Assembly: GCA_963799485.1 (NCBI GenBank)
Contig: CAWCXJ010000002.1
Coordinates: forward strand, 23,955 to 87,954
DNA from: an uncultured Trueperaceae bacterium
Lineage (GTDB): Bacteria > Deinococcota > Deinococci > Deinococcales > Trueperaceae
DNA: 64,000 nucleotides
Direction: 5' to 3'
A program made the translations under genes and the position numbers. The first letter of the stretch is position 1; every line of letters starts with the position of its first letter. This document shows positions 1-9,089 of the stretch, piece by piece. Below the pieces are notes generated by a model that was not told where the DNA came from, ran no database searches, and worked only from the letters and a program-made list of their open reading frames with translations.

Positions 1-2
1 CG

Positions 3-809
3 GTTACTTATAGGTACGTACCGGTCGAGACAGAAGCCGACAAACTGCACGGCGTCCCGTTGGCCCTCGCTGCAATCGAAGCCCTGGACCGCAAACGCAC
101 CCTCTTGACGGCAGAGCAGCGCATTATCAAGCTTAAGGAGAAGCTCGCGCTTGTGGTGGCGACGTTGCCGATGCCTTCCCCCTCGAGCCTCGGCTATCAG
201 ACAACCGATGACGAGGGCTACGCCGACGCTGCCGGTGAGCTGCTCAGCACCTACGTCAACCTGCTTGTTGAGACCGGCGACAAACTCGGTGTGTATGCGG
301 GTTGGGAGACCGCCGACGGCAAACCGAACATTCAAAGTACGCCGACCGACCAGAACGTTCAGGGGCTAGGCGATCTCACCAAAAGCAACCAGCACCGCGC
401 TTGGAACGGCTTAGGCATCCCGCCTTTTCTGGCGGGTGAGATGGGTAGCACGAATTACGCCCTTGCTAGGGTCGTCATGCCGTCGTTTTACACCATTGCG
501 GACAACATCCAGCGGGCAATTCTGGCGCAAATTGAACACGGTGTAAATCTGCATTTGCGTCTAGCAGGTATCCCGGCAAAGGTATGGGTAAGTTTTAAGC
601 CGCGTCCGTCGGCATTTGAAGACGATGAAGCGACCGCGCGCGAGACCCGCGCAAAAACCGACACGCTACTTTACAAACTCTTGGGTGAGGCTTACATCCC
701 GACCTTAGCAGCAAATTGGGACGTCAGCGTAGATGATCTTAAAAAGGCGCTTAAGGATAAACCCGAGCCGCCAGACCCGCCCGAAGGAGGCGACGATGGA
801 GAACAATAA
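3..809 (+). CDS. Phage portal protein, C-terminal part (5' truncated by window)
   Basis: Frame open from base 3; YGxP-like (LHGVPL) and GLGIPPFLAG...STNYA portal-type motifs; lies upstream of protease. Confidence 0.7.
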   Translation, partial: VTYRYVPVETEADKLHGVPLALAAIEALDRKRTLLTAEQRIIKLKEKLALVVATLPMPSPSSLGYQTTDDEGYADAAGELLSTYVNLLVETGDKLGVYAGWETADGKPNIQSTPTDQNVQGLGDLTKSNQHRAWNGLGIPPFLAGEMGSTNYALARVVMPSFYTIADNIQRAILAQIEHGVNLHLRLAGIPAKVWVSFKPRPSAFEDDEATARETRAKTDTLLYKLLGEAYIPTLAANWDVSVDDLKKALKDKPEPPDPPEGGDDGEQ

Positions 810-811
810 TA

Positions 812-820
812 TGCTATAAT
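812..820 (+). promoter_or_regulatory. Extended -10 promoter (TGcTATAAT) for HNH gene
   Basis: Sequence atgctataat directly after portal stop. Confidence 0.5.
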
Positions 821-884
821 ATATGTGCCACACGGTACTCTTTGGACGGATACCGGGCGGCACTAACCACGTTAGGAGTGGCTA

Positions 885-1598
885 ATGGACAGTGTACCCG
901 ATGGTATGAAAAAATGCGGCAAATGCTTAGGGGCAAAGCCTGCAACGCTCGAGTTTTTCACTAGTAATGGTGTTGGCAAATTAAAAGCCGTTTGTAAAGC
1001 TTGCAAAAAGAAGCCGCCCAGACACCCGCCTATCCCTGATGGTGAGCGGTGGTGTGCTTTATGCAAGAAAAGTTATCCTGCAACCTTTGAGTACTTTTCA
1101 AAACATAAGGGCAGTAAATTAGGCTTAGCGGCTCGTTGTAGAGAATGTAGTAAAAGGGTTACATTGGAGTGGCGAGAGCAGAATCCTGAACGCGCCTCTA
1201 AAGCTGGCATGAGATGGCACGCCAATAATCGCCAGTCTGCAAACTTACAGCGGCGCGAGAGGCGACTGTTAAATCTCGGACGTGAAAAGGCGACCCAAAA
1301 AGTCTACAGAGAGAAAAACCAGCTAAGCATAAGGGTTGCTAACCGGAATTATAAAGCACGTAAAAAGCAAGCGGAAGGTTCTTTTACCGCGCTAGAATGG
1401 CAAGCTAAGCTCGAGCTTTACAAAGGTCGCTGCCATTGGTGCAGTAAGAAAATCAAAGGTACGCCGCACGCTGACCATCTCATACCCATTACTCGCGGGG
1501 GGTCTAATTATATCTCAAACATCGTCCCATCGTGCAGTTTTTGTAATGTCAGCAAGCATAATAAGCTACCGCATGAATGGATAGGGCGGTTGCTTTGA
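885..1598 (+). CDS. HNH endonuclease with N-terminal CxxC zinc-finger repeats
   Basis: CHWC...DHLIPITRGGSNYISNIVPSCSFCNVSK HNH motif; repeated CxxC; AT-richer than neighbours. Confidence 0.9.
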   Translation: MDSVPDGMKKCGKCLGAKPATLEFFTSNGVGKLKAVCKACKKKPPRHPPIPDGERWCALCKKSYPATFEYFSKHKGSKLGLAARCRECSKRVTLEWREQNPERASKAGMRWHANNRQSANLQRRERRLLNLGREKATQKVYREKNQLSIRVANRNYKARKKQAEGSFTALEWQAKLELYKGRCHWCSKKIKGTPHADHLIPITRGGSNYISNIVPSCSFCNVSKHNKLPHEWIGRLL

Positions 1599-1607
1599 AA
1601 GGAGAAT

Positions 1608-2843
1608 ATGGATAAGCATCAAGGGGCTATTACCGGCCCCCTTAAACTTGCGCTTGACCCACCTAATGGTTTTCCAGATGGTCATATTGAAACCATAAAC
1701 GCGCTACAGGCAAAAGCCACCAAACAAACTCTGAATGAGGCCGACCTAATCAGTCGGCCTATTCTTTTGTTTGGCAATCAACTCACGGCTTACTTTACCC
1801 GCGTTCGGGACGAAGACCTTTATGCAATGGCAGAGCAGATAAATGACAAAGGCGGGTCGCTATTGAGTGGTCACGTAACCGACGAGATACCACTAGGACG
1901 TGTGTACAAGGCCGATGTGATATCCGGTAGTGCGCCGGGTGAGTTGCTTTTAACGACGTGGGCTTATTGGTTAAACGATACCGACGGGCAAAACCTAGCA
2001 GCTAAGATTGACGCAGGAATTGCAGGCCAAGCGAGTATCGGCTACTTTTATGACCGAGCTATTTGCTCTATTACCGGGCTTGATTATTGGGACAGCCCTT
2101 ATATCGCCGGTCAAGAATACGAAATAACCGATGCCGAAACAGGCCGCGTTACTCGCCAGCTCTGCTTCATCTGGACAGTTGAAAATGTCGAGTTTTCCGA
2201 AGCGTCTATCGTTTACGAAGGCGCTTATCCCAATACACGCGTCGGCGGCGAATCGTTAGCCGCTAGCGCGTCACCTACTCGCTTTGTCATGGCAGCGTCA
2301 CGAGACACTGTGAACCTGCTTTCAAAGACCAAGCCCAAAAACGAGCTTGGTAAACCTACCCCTCCGGTTGAGCCGGAGCGACACAAGGAGGTTTCGGTTG
2401 TGAAGCTGAAGCTGAAGATGCCCGATGGCTCAGTCAAGGAGCTAGAGGATAACGAAGTGCAGGGGGTACTTGACGCCCAACTGCAAACCGCTAGCGAGGG
2501 AGGGGAGCAAAAGTACAAAGAAGCGGTCGCTAAGACTTTGGGCCTCGAGCCTAAAGACCTGACCGACGCCAAGCTTGCCGAACTCAAAGCGCAAGCGGCA
2601 GCGGGTCTGGCCTACCGCGAATCTCTCAACGCCCGTTTGTCGGCTGCCGCTCTAGCGGTCGAGGGCGACGCACCCAAAGCCGAGCGCATTGTAAGGCTTG
2701 CCAAAAATGCCGAGCTGAGTGACCTCGAGGAACTCGTTGACGACTGGGAGACCAAACGTGACGAAACTATCCCGAACGGTCGCCTGAGCCGTGAAAACGA
2801 CCCTGACAAAAAACCTCACGCAGCCAATTACGACGCGGTTTAA
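1608..2843 (+). CDS. Prohead protease-scaffold fusion
   Basis: H...ASIGY...EASIVYEGAYP protease-like motifs, helical C-terminus, position between portal and capsid. Confidence 0.75.
   Translation: MDKHQGAITGPLKLALDPPNGFPDGHIETINALQAKATKQTLNEADLISRPILLFGNQLTAYFTRVRDEDLYAMAEQINDKGGSLLSGHVTDEIPLGRVYKADVISGSAPGELLLTTWAYWLNDTDGQNLAAKIDAGIAGQASIGYFYDRAICSITGLDYWDSPYIAGQEYEITDAETGRVTRQLCFIWTVENVEFSEASIVYEGAYPNTRVGGESLAASASPTRFVMAASRDTVNLLSKTKPKNELGKPTPPVEPERHKEVSVVKLKLKMPDGSVKELEDNEVQGVLDAQLQTASEGGEQKYKEAVAKTLGLEPKDLTDAKLAELKAQAAAGLAYRESLNARLSAAALAVEGDAPKAERIVRLAKNAELSDLEELVDDWETKRDETIPNGRLSRENDPDKKPHAANYDAV
2400..2843 (+). CDS. Nested in-frame scaffold protein (internal start)
   Basis: AAGGAGG at 2385-2391 followed by in-frame GTG at 2400 after a Pro-rich linker. 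Confidence 0.6.
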   Translation: MKLKLKMPDGSVKELEDNEVQGVLDAQLQTASEGGEQKYKEAVAKTLGLEPKDLTDAKLAELKAQAAAGLAYRESLNARLSAAALAVEGDAPKAERIVRLAKNAELSDLEELVDDWETKRDETIPNGRLSRENDPDKKPHAANYDAV

Positions 2844-2864
2844 GCCGCGCTTAAGGGAGACATC

Positions 2865-3224
2865 ATGAAGTTTGGAAACGTAGAGTACTCAGCTCAGCGT
2901 GTAGAGGGCGGCATTACCTACACCATCGCTGCGGGCGCACAAGAGGGCGACGCTGTGACGCTGACCGGAACCGCAACGATGGGGCGGGGTGCAGACGCGG
3001 ACGTGTTTGTCGGCAAACTCGCCAAGCTCGAGGCTGACGGGCTCGGCACAGTCGAAGCCCACGGCGTTATCACGGTGCCGTGTGTAGCGGGGCTCGCCGC
3101 AGGTTGGCAACCGCTCGTGGTTGACGGGGCCGGGAAGGTCAAAGCGGCGGCAGCGGGTGCAGCAGGTCGGCAAGCCTTGGTTATCGGCGTCGCTGACGAC
3201 ATGGCTGTAATCGATCTGCCGTAA
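2865..3224 (+). CDS. Capsid decoration/cement protein
   Basis: Small Gly/Ala-rich beta protein immediately before major capsid gene. Confidence 0.6.
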   Translation: MKFGNVEYSAQRVEGGITYTIAAGAQEGDAVTLTGTATMGRGADADVFVGKLAKLEADGLGTVEAHGVITVPCVAGLAAGWQPLVVDGAGKVKAAAAGAAGRQALVIGVADDMAVIDLP

Positions 3225-3244
3225 ACCCCAAACATTTATTCATC

Positions 3245-3264
3245 GCCGCCCTCGGGCGGTTTTT
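3245..3264 (+). terminator. Intrinsic terminator-like hairpin
   Basis: gccgccc-tc-gggcggt followed by T-run. Confidence 0.55.
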
Positions 3265-3288
3265 CCATGCCTACTTGAAGGAGGCGAC

Positions 3289-4389
3289 GTGTCTGTAACG
3301 ATTGCAAAACTTAAAGACTTAGACGAGGGTGTGTATTTAGAGGCCCGCAAAGAAGGGCTGAGCCTCTCGCAGTGGCTTGGCGAGCTTGGGCGTAAAGGTG
3401 AGTTGTCTGAAGACCTCTATCGCCCTGACGTGCGTAACAGCAAGGGTGAACTGGTTGACCCGTTCAAGCAGCTTATCGCCGCTGCAGGTATCCGGACGAA
3501 AGGCGAGCTAGCCCAGACCGGCGACGCGTTTTTTAGCGACCCTACCAACCGCGTGTTGTTTCCTGAGTACGTTTCAAGACAGTACCGCGATACCGAGCGA
3601 GCCTTACCGCCGCTGTTCGTGACCTTAGCCGACCTCGTGACAAACCGCGAGGGTATCAACTCGAACGCGTACCGTTCGGGCATCATCACCGGCACACCTG
3701 AAACTGAACTTGAGTTTGGACGCGTCGCCGAAGGTGCCGAGCTGCCCCGTTACGTGGTCAAGCTGTCAGACAAGGCCATCAACGTCTACAAATACGGCGG
3801 CATCTTGCAGATGACCTACGAATCGGTGCGCCGCGCCTCGCTGCCGATGCTCAACCGCTACATCGCTAAAATCGCGCGCGCACAGGTACGCCGCAAAATC
3901 AAGCACGCGCTTTCGGTCGCGCTTAATGGCGACGGCAACGCAAACCCGGCAGTCAACAGCGCCGCTTCGGGTAGCGCGTGGACGTATGCCGACCTGGTCG
4001 CGTTGCACTTCGCCGCTGCTACAGGCGGCACGATGCTCACCACAATTATTGGTGACAGCACGGAAATCGGCAGCATCCTCAACATGGCGCAGTTTGTTGA
4101 CGCGGGCGCAACCGGCACCGGCGCGGCGTTTCGTGACAACGGCGAACTCCCCAGCCCACTAGGTATCACCCTGAAACTTGCCCTACCCGGCTCGGTACTC
4201 GAAGGTTCACGTAAACTTCTGGGCGTCGATTCGCAAGACGCTCTAGTCGAGGTCTACGAAAACGGCTCAGAGATTACCGAGTCCGACAAACTGATTCACA
4301 CTCAGTTCGATATGATCTCGCTGTCCGAAAACCTCGCTTATGCCAAACCCGAAACTCTCGCCTTCGTGACGAAAACGCGAGCAGTTTAA
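3289..4389 (+). CDS. Major capsid protein (HK97-like)
   Basis: RVAEGAELP...KYGGILQMTYES...ALNGDG capsid motifs; strong RBS AAGGAGG. Confidence 0.85.
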   Translation: MSVTIAKLKDLDEGVYLEARKEGLSLSQWLGELGRKGELSEDLYRPDVRNSKGELVDPFKQLIAAAGIRTKGELAQTGDAFFSDPTNRVLFPEYVSRQYRDTERALPPLFVTLADLVTNREGINSNAYRSGIITGTPETELEFGRVAEGAELPRYVVKLSDKAINVYKYGGILQMTYESVRRASLPMLNRYIAKIARAQVRRKIKHALSVALNGDGNANPAVNSAASGSAWTYADLVALHFAAATGGTMLTTIIGDSTEIGSILNMAQFVDAGATGTGAAFRDNGELPSPLGITLKLALPGSVLEGSRKLLGVDSQDALVEVYENGSEITESDKLIHTQFDMISLSENLAYAKPETLAFVTKTRAV

Positions 4390-4610
4390 TGGCAGCCCTG
4401 ACTAAAGCGGAAGAATCCGAAGAGGCGACCGAAGAAACGCCTAAGACCATCAAAGTCAAGATTAGCCGGAAGGTCAGCGACAACACGAACGGGCAAGGCG
4501 CATATACCGACCCCGGCAGTAAGGCGAGCATCGGCGCTGAAGCGGCAGAAGTCCCTAACACGCCGTTCGTACAGGCGCTGCTGATGACGGGCGAAATCGT
4601 CAAGGGCTAA
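4389..4610 (+). CDS. Small phage protein after capsid
   Basis: Coupled TAATG overlap with capsid gene. Confidence 0.6.
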   Translation: MAALTKAEESEEATEETPKTIKVKISRKVSDNTNGQGAYTDPGSKASIGAEAAEVPNTPFVQALLMTGEIVKG

Positions 4611-4613
4611 GCC

Positions 4614-4964
4614 GTGCCTCACCCTGAAGGCGTAGATGCAACCGACTTTGGTGAGTCGTTAGAAGCGGCACTCAAACTTGTCGGCAAGTCCGATGATGGA
4701 ACAAGTGACCAGCTCAGCGATTTTCTTTACCAGACGGCCCACAAAGTAAGCGAAAACAACTACATCTACCGGCGCTTTTTAGCCGCTGCATTGTGGCTCG
4801 AGTCGCGTCCCAAGTGGCTGATTAAAGGTGATGGGGCCGAGTGGGAAGGACGTACGCTGGCAATCTCCGCATTAAAAAATCAGCAACGCAACATGGATGC
4901 GGATTATGGGTTGACGGTAACGCAAGCCCGGCCCGGCGGTATCTTTGCCGGTACGTCGCGCTAG
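4614..4964 (+). CDS. Putative head-tail adaptor
   Basis: Size and position. Confidence 0.5.
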   Translation: MPHPEGVDATDFGESLEAALKLVGKSDDGTSDQLSDFLYQTAHKVSENNYIYRRFLAAALWLESRPKWLIKGDGAEWEGRTLAISALKNQQRNMDADYGLTVTQARPGGIFAGTSR

Positions 4965-4979
4965 AGAGGAGCGTGTCAT

Positions 4980-5372
4980 GTGAGCGAGGGGCCTTTATTC
5001 TACGACAAGCCTCACTATCCGTTGACGTTTTCAAGCACCGCTTACCAAACCGACGCAGACGGGAACACTGTCTACGACGAATACAACGAACCCGCACTTG
5101 TTGAAGGCGCGGGTTTTACAATCCGCGCCCACGCCAAAAAACTTTCAGGTAACGAAGCCGAACGTTTAGGGCTAGACCGTACCCGCATGAACCTCGAGCT
5201 TTTATGTGCCGACCCCATGAGTGGTGACAGCCGCATTACGGGCGGTTCACGCTGCTCACTGTCGTTTATGGGCAAGACCGGCACGGTGACAATTAAAGCT
5301 GTGCCTGACGAACGTCTACACGATGTGGTGAAGGAAATTGGGGTGAAGTATTGGGGCGTTTGGGATGGCTAA
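4980..5372 (+). CDS. Putative head-closure/stopper protein
   Basis: Size, position, beta-rich. Confidence 0.5.
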   Translation: MSEGPLFYDKPHYPLTFSSTAYQTDADGNTVYDEYNEPALVEGAGFTIRAHAKKLSGNEAERLGLDRTRMNLELLCADPMSGDSRITGGSRCSLSFMGKTGTVTIKAVPDERLHDVVKEIGVKYWGVWDG

Positions 5373-5781
5373 AAAGGGCGGTAAGCTCTACCCGAACGCC
5401 GCCGCCATTATCGCTAAGCAGTTAGAGCGGCCTGTGCAGCGCGCCGCCGAGTCCAAGGCCGCCGACCTAAAGCGAAATGTCAGCCGTGGCCCGCGTAGCG
5501 GCGTTAAGTACGCGGGATTGCCCTATCAGTCGTCAGCACCGGGAGAGTTTCCTCAGCAACAGTCTTCAGGTGACGAGGCGCTTGTCAACAGCATAGAAGC
5601 AAACCCGACTAACGACCGGCTTAGATGGCAAGTAGGGTTCTTCGGGCAACCTCAAAAGAAGCTGAACGCACTCGAATGGGGTTATGAGCCGAATAACCTC
5701 GAGGCTCGAGCGCCGTTACAAAGGACGATGGACGACAACGAAAGCAACAACAGGGCGCTTGAGGCTACAAGGCGGCGTTAG
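5365..5781 (+). CDS. HK97 gp10-like neck/tail-completion protein
   Basis: SAPGEFP...LVNSI...LEWG...EARAPL motif pattern. Confidence 0.7.
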   Translation: MAKKGGKLYPNAAAIIAKQLERPVQRAAESKAADLKRNVSRGPRSGVKYAGLPYQSSAPGEFPQQQSSGDEALVNSIEANPTNDRLRWQVGFFGQPQKKLNALEWGYEPNNLEARAPLQRTMDDNESNNRALEATRRR

Positions 5782-6005
5782 GCCGGGACAAGTCTAATTT
5801 GTTTTATTTCGCATTGCATACCGTCAATTACGCTTTCAACCGTCACCCAAACAGCCCTGCTTTGCACGACCTCAATAGCCCCGTCAGGGCTTACCGACTG
5901 CACAGGGAATACCCAATTGTTTACGGCTGCCTGAGCAAAAAAGTCTGCTAACCGATTGTCTGCTTTTATCAAGCTGTCAATCGGTGAAGATGAGAGTTTT
6001 TCCAT
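5778..6005 (-). CDS. Antisense orphan moron protein (~75 aa), probably leaderless
   Basis: TGC-TAAACT extended -10 lies 5 nt before ATG 6005; the longer ORF-track start at 6098 would overlap the next gene. Confidence 0.55.
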   Translation of the reverse strand: MEKLSSSPIDSLIKADNRLADFFAQAAVNNWVFPVQSVSPDGAIEVVQSRAVWVTVESVIDGMQCEIKQIRLVPA

Positions 6006-6035
6006 AGCCAAGTTTAGCAAAAACGGGGGTGACGT

Positions 6036-6482
6036 CTGGACACCGTAGCTTTTCTCCGAACCCTTCACGCCGACCCTGAAAACGACTCGAGCCCCCATCT
6101 GCGTGTGTTTGAAAGTGACCTGACGCCGGACGATGAGGCGGCGCTTGCGGGTTATCCATATCCGTATGCGTTAGTGCTGGGCCTGCCCGAAAACGCACGC
6201 GCCTCAACACTTTCAGGCCAAACCGATATAGAAGGCGCACTTGATGTGGTGCTCGAGCATAGAGGCAGCGCCGCGCGCCCGCATAAACGGACGCTTACCG
6301 CGTTGCGTAACCAAGTCATGCGCGCGCCGCTCTACGTAACCCACGCCGCGCCACAGCTTGAACTTGTGCGCCCGCTTAAATATCTGTCCGGTACGCAACC
6401 GGCCTCAAGTTACCAGGACAACACCACCCTATTTGCTACCTGTCGGTTTCGGGCAGTGTGGCGTATGAAGCTAGGAGACTAA
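6036..6482 (+). CDS. Putative tail terminator protein (possible CTG start)
   Basis: Frame of 6105..6482 open back to 6033; GGGGGTGA RBS-like before CTG 6036; position before tail tube. Confidence 0.5.
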   Translation: MDTVAFLRTLHADPENDSSPHLRVFESDLTPDDEAALAGYPYPYALVLGLPENARASTLSGQTDIEGALDVVLEHRGSAARPHKRTLTALRNQVMRAPLYVTHAAPQLELVRPLKYLSGTQPASSYQDNTTLFATCRFRAVWRMKLGD

Positions 6483-6483
6483 C

Positions 6484-6642
6484 ATGCAAGTCGAGTTTAC
6501 CGGCAAGCAGACCGTGTATAACGGCAGAACCTACCGGGCCGGAGAAAAGTTACAGGTCTCCGACGACCGCGCCAAAGACCTCCTCAAAGCGGGCTTAGCT
6601 AAAGAAGCCGGTAAGAAAGAAGCCCCCGCCAAGTCGGGATGA
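6484..6642 (+). CDS. Small phage protein (52 aa, MQVEFTGKQTVYNGRTYRAGEKLQVSDDRAKDLLKAGLAK...)
   Basis: AGGAG RBS; not in ORF track; resembles small virion-associated proteins. Confidence 0.65.
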   Translation: MQVEFTGKQTVYNGRTYRAGEKLQVSDDRAKDLLKAGLAKEAGKKEAPAKSG

Positions 6643-6893
6643 AAGTCCGCTTACCCCGGCACCCCGCCGCTTACGTCGCCAACCTAGCCGAACCGGTCAA
6701 GCTCGAGCTTTACGACCGGGCGTGCTTTTTGAACGGCGTCGATCTCGCCGACCTGATATTTGCACTCGAGCTGCAATTTAAGGGCGGCTTTACAACTGCG
6801 ACTTTTACCCTGCAAGAAACCCTTGATTTCGACGGGCGGCTTGTCAAGGTCGCAAAGCGCGTCACCCTACCTTCTCAAAACTTTAAGGAGTAA
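6639..6893 (+). CDS. Hypothetical phage protein
   Basis: ATGA-coupled ORF. Confidence 0.55.
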   Translation: MKVRLPRHPAAYVANLAEPVKLELYDRACFLNGVDLADLIFALELQFKGGFTTATFTLQETLDFDGRLVKVAKRVTLPSQNFKE

Positions 6894-6895
6894 CC

Positions 6896-7399
6896 ATGCC
6901 CGAATTAACCGGCGTTTCCGTTACCGAGCCCGCAGCGGGTTCAGTTTTAACCATTCAGCCCGACGAGCACGGCTTTTATCTCAAAGCCTTCACGACCGGC
7001 ACGGCGTCGTTTGTAGACGCCGACAACTACGCCGACCTGATTATCGGCGCGCTGCCCTTTTCGGCCTCGGTTGACGCCGCTGACCTCCGCACACTTTCCG
7101 GTCGGCGTATCCGTGGCGACCGCACCATCACCGCAGATAACCAGACGGCGCGCTTCAACGTGTTTTTAGGCCAAGCCAAGCACACGCTGCTGTTTGACCG
7201 CCTGGTAACGCGCAAGAGTGCGCCGAACCAGGGCGACCCGCTCGCGTTCCTTCGTTCGTTCCCTGACTACGCGGGTATCGCCGGGGCTAGCACGGTTGAA
7301 AACATGAACCCCGAAGGCGACCCGGACGCCGACGCCTACGGCTGGGATGTCGAGTTTGCCTTTTCGGATTTCGACTGGGTAGACCTGACACCTGCTTAG
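6896..7399 (+). CDS. Putative major tail (tube) protein
   Basis: AAGGAG RBS, beta-rich, upstream of chaperone and tape measure. Confidence 0.6.
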   Translation: MPELTGVSVTEPAAGSVLTIQPDEHGFYLKAFTTGTASFVDADNYADLIIGALPFSASVDAADLRTLSGRRIRGDRTITADNQTARFNVFLGQAKHTLLFDRLVTRKSAPNQGDPLAFLRSFPDYAGIAGASTVENMNPEGDPDADAYGWDVEFAFSDFDWVDLTPA

Positions 7400-7402
7400 G
7401 CG

Positions 7403-7657
7403 TTGATACTGACACTAACCGCAGAGGGCTACGGCCCTCTGCATCTTTTGGACGTGCGAACAGAGGGGGACATGCTCCTGGCGCACGGTTACATGTACGA
7501 TGGCAACGCGCCTATCCCCCCGGGCGCGACTTTCCACGAGTCCGGCACCGTCTACCGCACGACACGGCGCTTAGAGGCGGGCCTGTTTTTTATGCATGAA
7601 GACGAACTCGGCTACAAGCTCGAGCTACCTCTCGTGCTTCTACAGGGGGAAACATAA
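7403..7657 (+). CDS. Hypothetical phage protein
   Basis: ORF fills gap in tail operon. Confidence 0.5.
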   Translation: MILTLTAEGYGPLHLLDVRTEGDMLLAHGYMYDGNAPIPPGATFHESGTVYRTTRRLEAGLFFMHEDELGYKLELPLVLLQGET

Positions 7658-7658
7658 A

Positions 7659-8315
7659 ATGGCAAACAAGATACAGGAAAAGCTGACGGCCTCGAGCCTC
7701 ATGAAAGCACCTGAGTTTATGGTGTGCGGCGTGGTGTTGTCCTCACGCTTGACGGTTGAGGAATACGCCATGCTCGAGGACTACGAAGCCGATAAAGACC
7801 TGATCGGCTTACGGGTCAAGCTCGAGGCCGTGCAGGACAAAAACAACCGCGACAATCGAGAGAACACCTCTCCCGCGTACCGGGCGCAGGTGCAAAAAGT
7901 TGCCGCGCTCACGGTTGCGCGTGAAAATAAACTAGACGGACTTAGGCAAGACCCGATGAGTTGGGACGACGACGATGACCTGTTCGTCGAGCGCCTCGAG
8001 GAAAAGCTGGGCGAAGCGCAAGACAAGCTCGACGCCTTAAAGCCCGACCCAAACAAAATATTGCAAGCGATATCTAAAAACCAAAAAGACTTAAACGACT
8101 TTAACCACGCGTACCGTAACTTTTATCTCGAGTACGCGCACGGCCTGGCGGTCTCACGCGGGTTGACCAAAGAAAAGTTTACCGCGTGGCAGGAACGGGC
8201 AAACGCGCAGGACACGGCGAACGTAATGGAAGTTATTAAAATGGGAAAAGCCCTATTCAACCATTCCGAGGAGCCCCGGACTTACGAGGCGCTCCCGAAC
8301 GCTCTGAAGAACTAA
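7659..8315 (+). CDS. Tail assembly chaperone (G-like)
   Basis: Likely ATG 7659; contains slippery G GGA AAA at 8243-8249. Confidence 0.7.
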   Translation: MANKIQEKLTASSLMKAPEFMVCGVVLSSRLTVEEYAMLEDYEADKDLIGLRVKLEAVQDKNNRDNRENTSPAYRAQVQKVAALTVARENKLDGLRQDPMSWDDDDDLFVERLEEKLGEAQDKLDALKPDPNKILQAISKNQKDLNDFNHAYRNFYLEYAHGLAVSRGLTKEKFTAWQERANAQDTANVMEVIKMGKALFNHSEEPRTYEALPNALKN

Positions 8316-8815
8316 CCGAACATCCGTATGACACGGTGCTCGAGCTTAAGGTCAAGGCCGCCGCGCTCGGTATCAAGAGTGAGGACTTTCCGAACGCCTA
8401 CATAGAAGACATTATCCTGGGCTGGGAAGCGGAGAAATTAAAAATCTACCACGCCTCAAGACCAGTACTAGACGCCCAACTCGCCAAACTCTCGCCTGTG
8501 AGCCTCGCCAAAGCCGAAGCTGAAGGCGAAACCGACGACGAGAAGAAATACGGCGCGAGAGGCCGCAAGATACTCGAGCGCATTACCAGCACCACGCACT
8601 TTAGACTGATGCCCGCGCATGAGCAAGGCGCGTTTGTAAGGGCTCGAGGCTGGCCTCAAGAACAGGGCGAAGTCTATCCGGTCGAGGGCTTAAGCAAAAC
8701 GCTTGCCGCCGACATTATCCGCTTGGGTGAGTCGGGTGCGGTAGCAGAGAGCGTTGAATACTGGCGTGCTTACCGGGCGCTTAGGTCGAGGCTTCACAAG
8801 ACGCTTAAGGGGTAG
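8243..8815 (+). CDS. Tail assembly chaperone -1 frameshift extension (GT-like)
   Basis: -1 frame from GGGAAAA is open continuously into ORF 8336..8815. Confidence 0.75.
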   Translation, partial: GKSPIQPFRGAPDLRGAPERSEELTEHPYDTVLELKVKAAALGIKSEDFPNAYIEDIILGWEAEKLKIYHASRPVLDAQLAKLSPVSLAKAEAEGETDDEKKYGARGRKILERITSTTHFRLMPAHEQGAFVRARGWPQEQGEVYPVEGLSKTLAADIIRLGESGAVAESVEYWRAYRALRSRLHKTLKG

Positions 8816-9032
8816 CCTTGCGCTCGAGCTGTTCAAGCCGTCCGATAACCTCAGCGATACCCCAAGGAATAATCCCGCCGGCAAATCCGCCTATTAGGTA
8901 AAGCGTCGCAATAATGCCGTAACTCGTATAAGCGCCCTCTACCCCGTAGGGAACGCTTGCCAGTGTGTAGCCAAACATTCCGAGGCCGGCTACAACTGAC
9001 AAGCAGCCTAGACCGATAAGCAAAGTTTTCAT
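8805..9032 (-). CDS. Antisense moron, small two-TM membrane protein
   Basis: Two hydrophobic segments; TGC-TAAGTT 6 nt before ATG (leaderless). Confidence 0.7.
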   Translation of the reverse strand: MKTLLIGLGCLSVVAGLGMFGYTLASVPYGVEGAYTSYGIIATLYLIGGFAGGIIPWGIAEVIGRLEQLERKATP

Positions 9033-9048
9033 TTTAATAACTTAGCAC

Positions 9049-9075
9049 GCCGCTCGCATGAGCGGCTTTTCTTTT
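9049..9075 (+). terminator. Intrinsic terminator-like hairpin before tape measure gene
   Basis: gccgctc-gcat-gagcggc + TTTTCTTTT. Confidence 0.6.
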
Positions 9076-9089
9076 GCCCCTGAGAGGCG

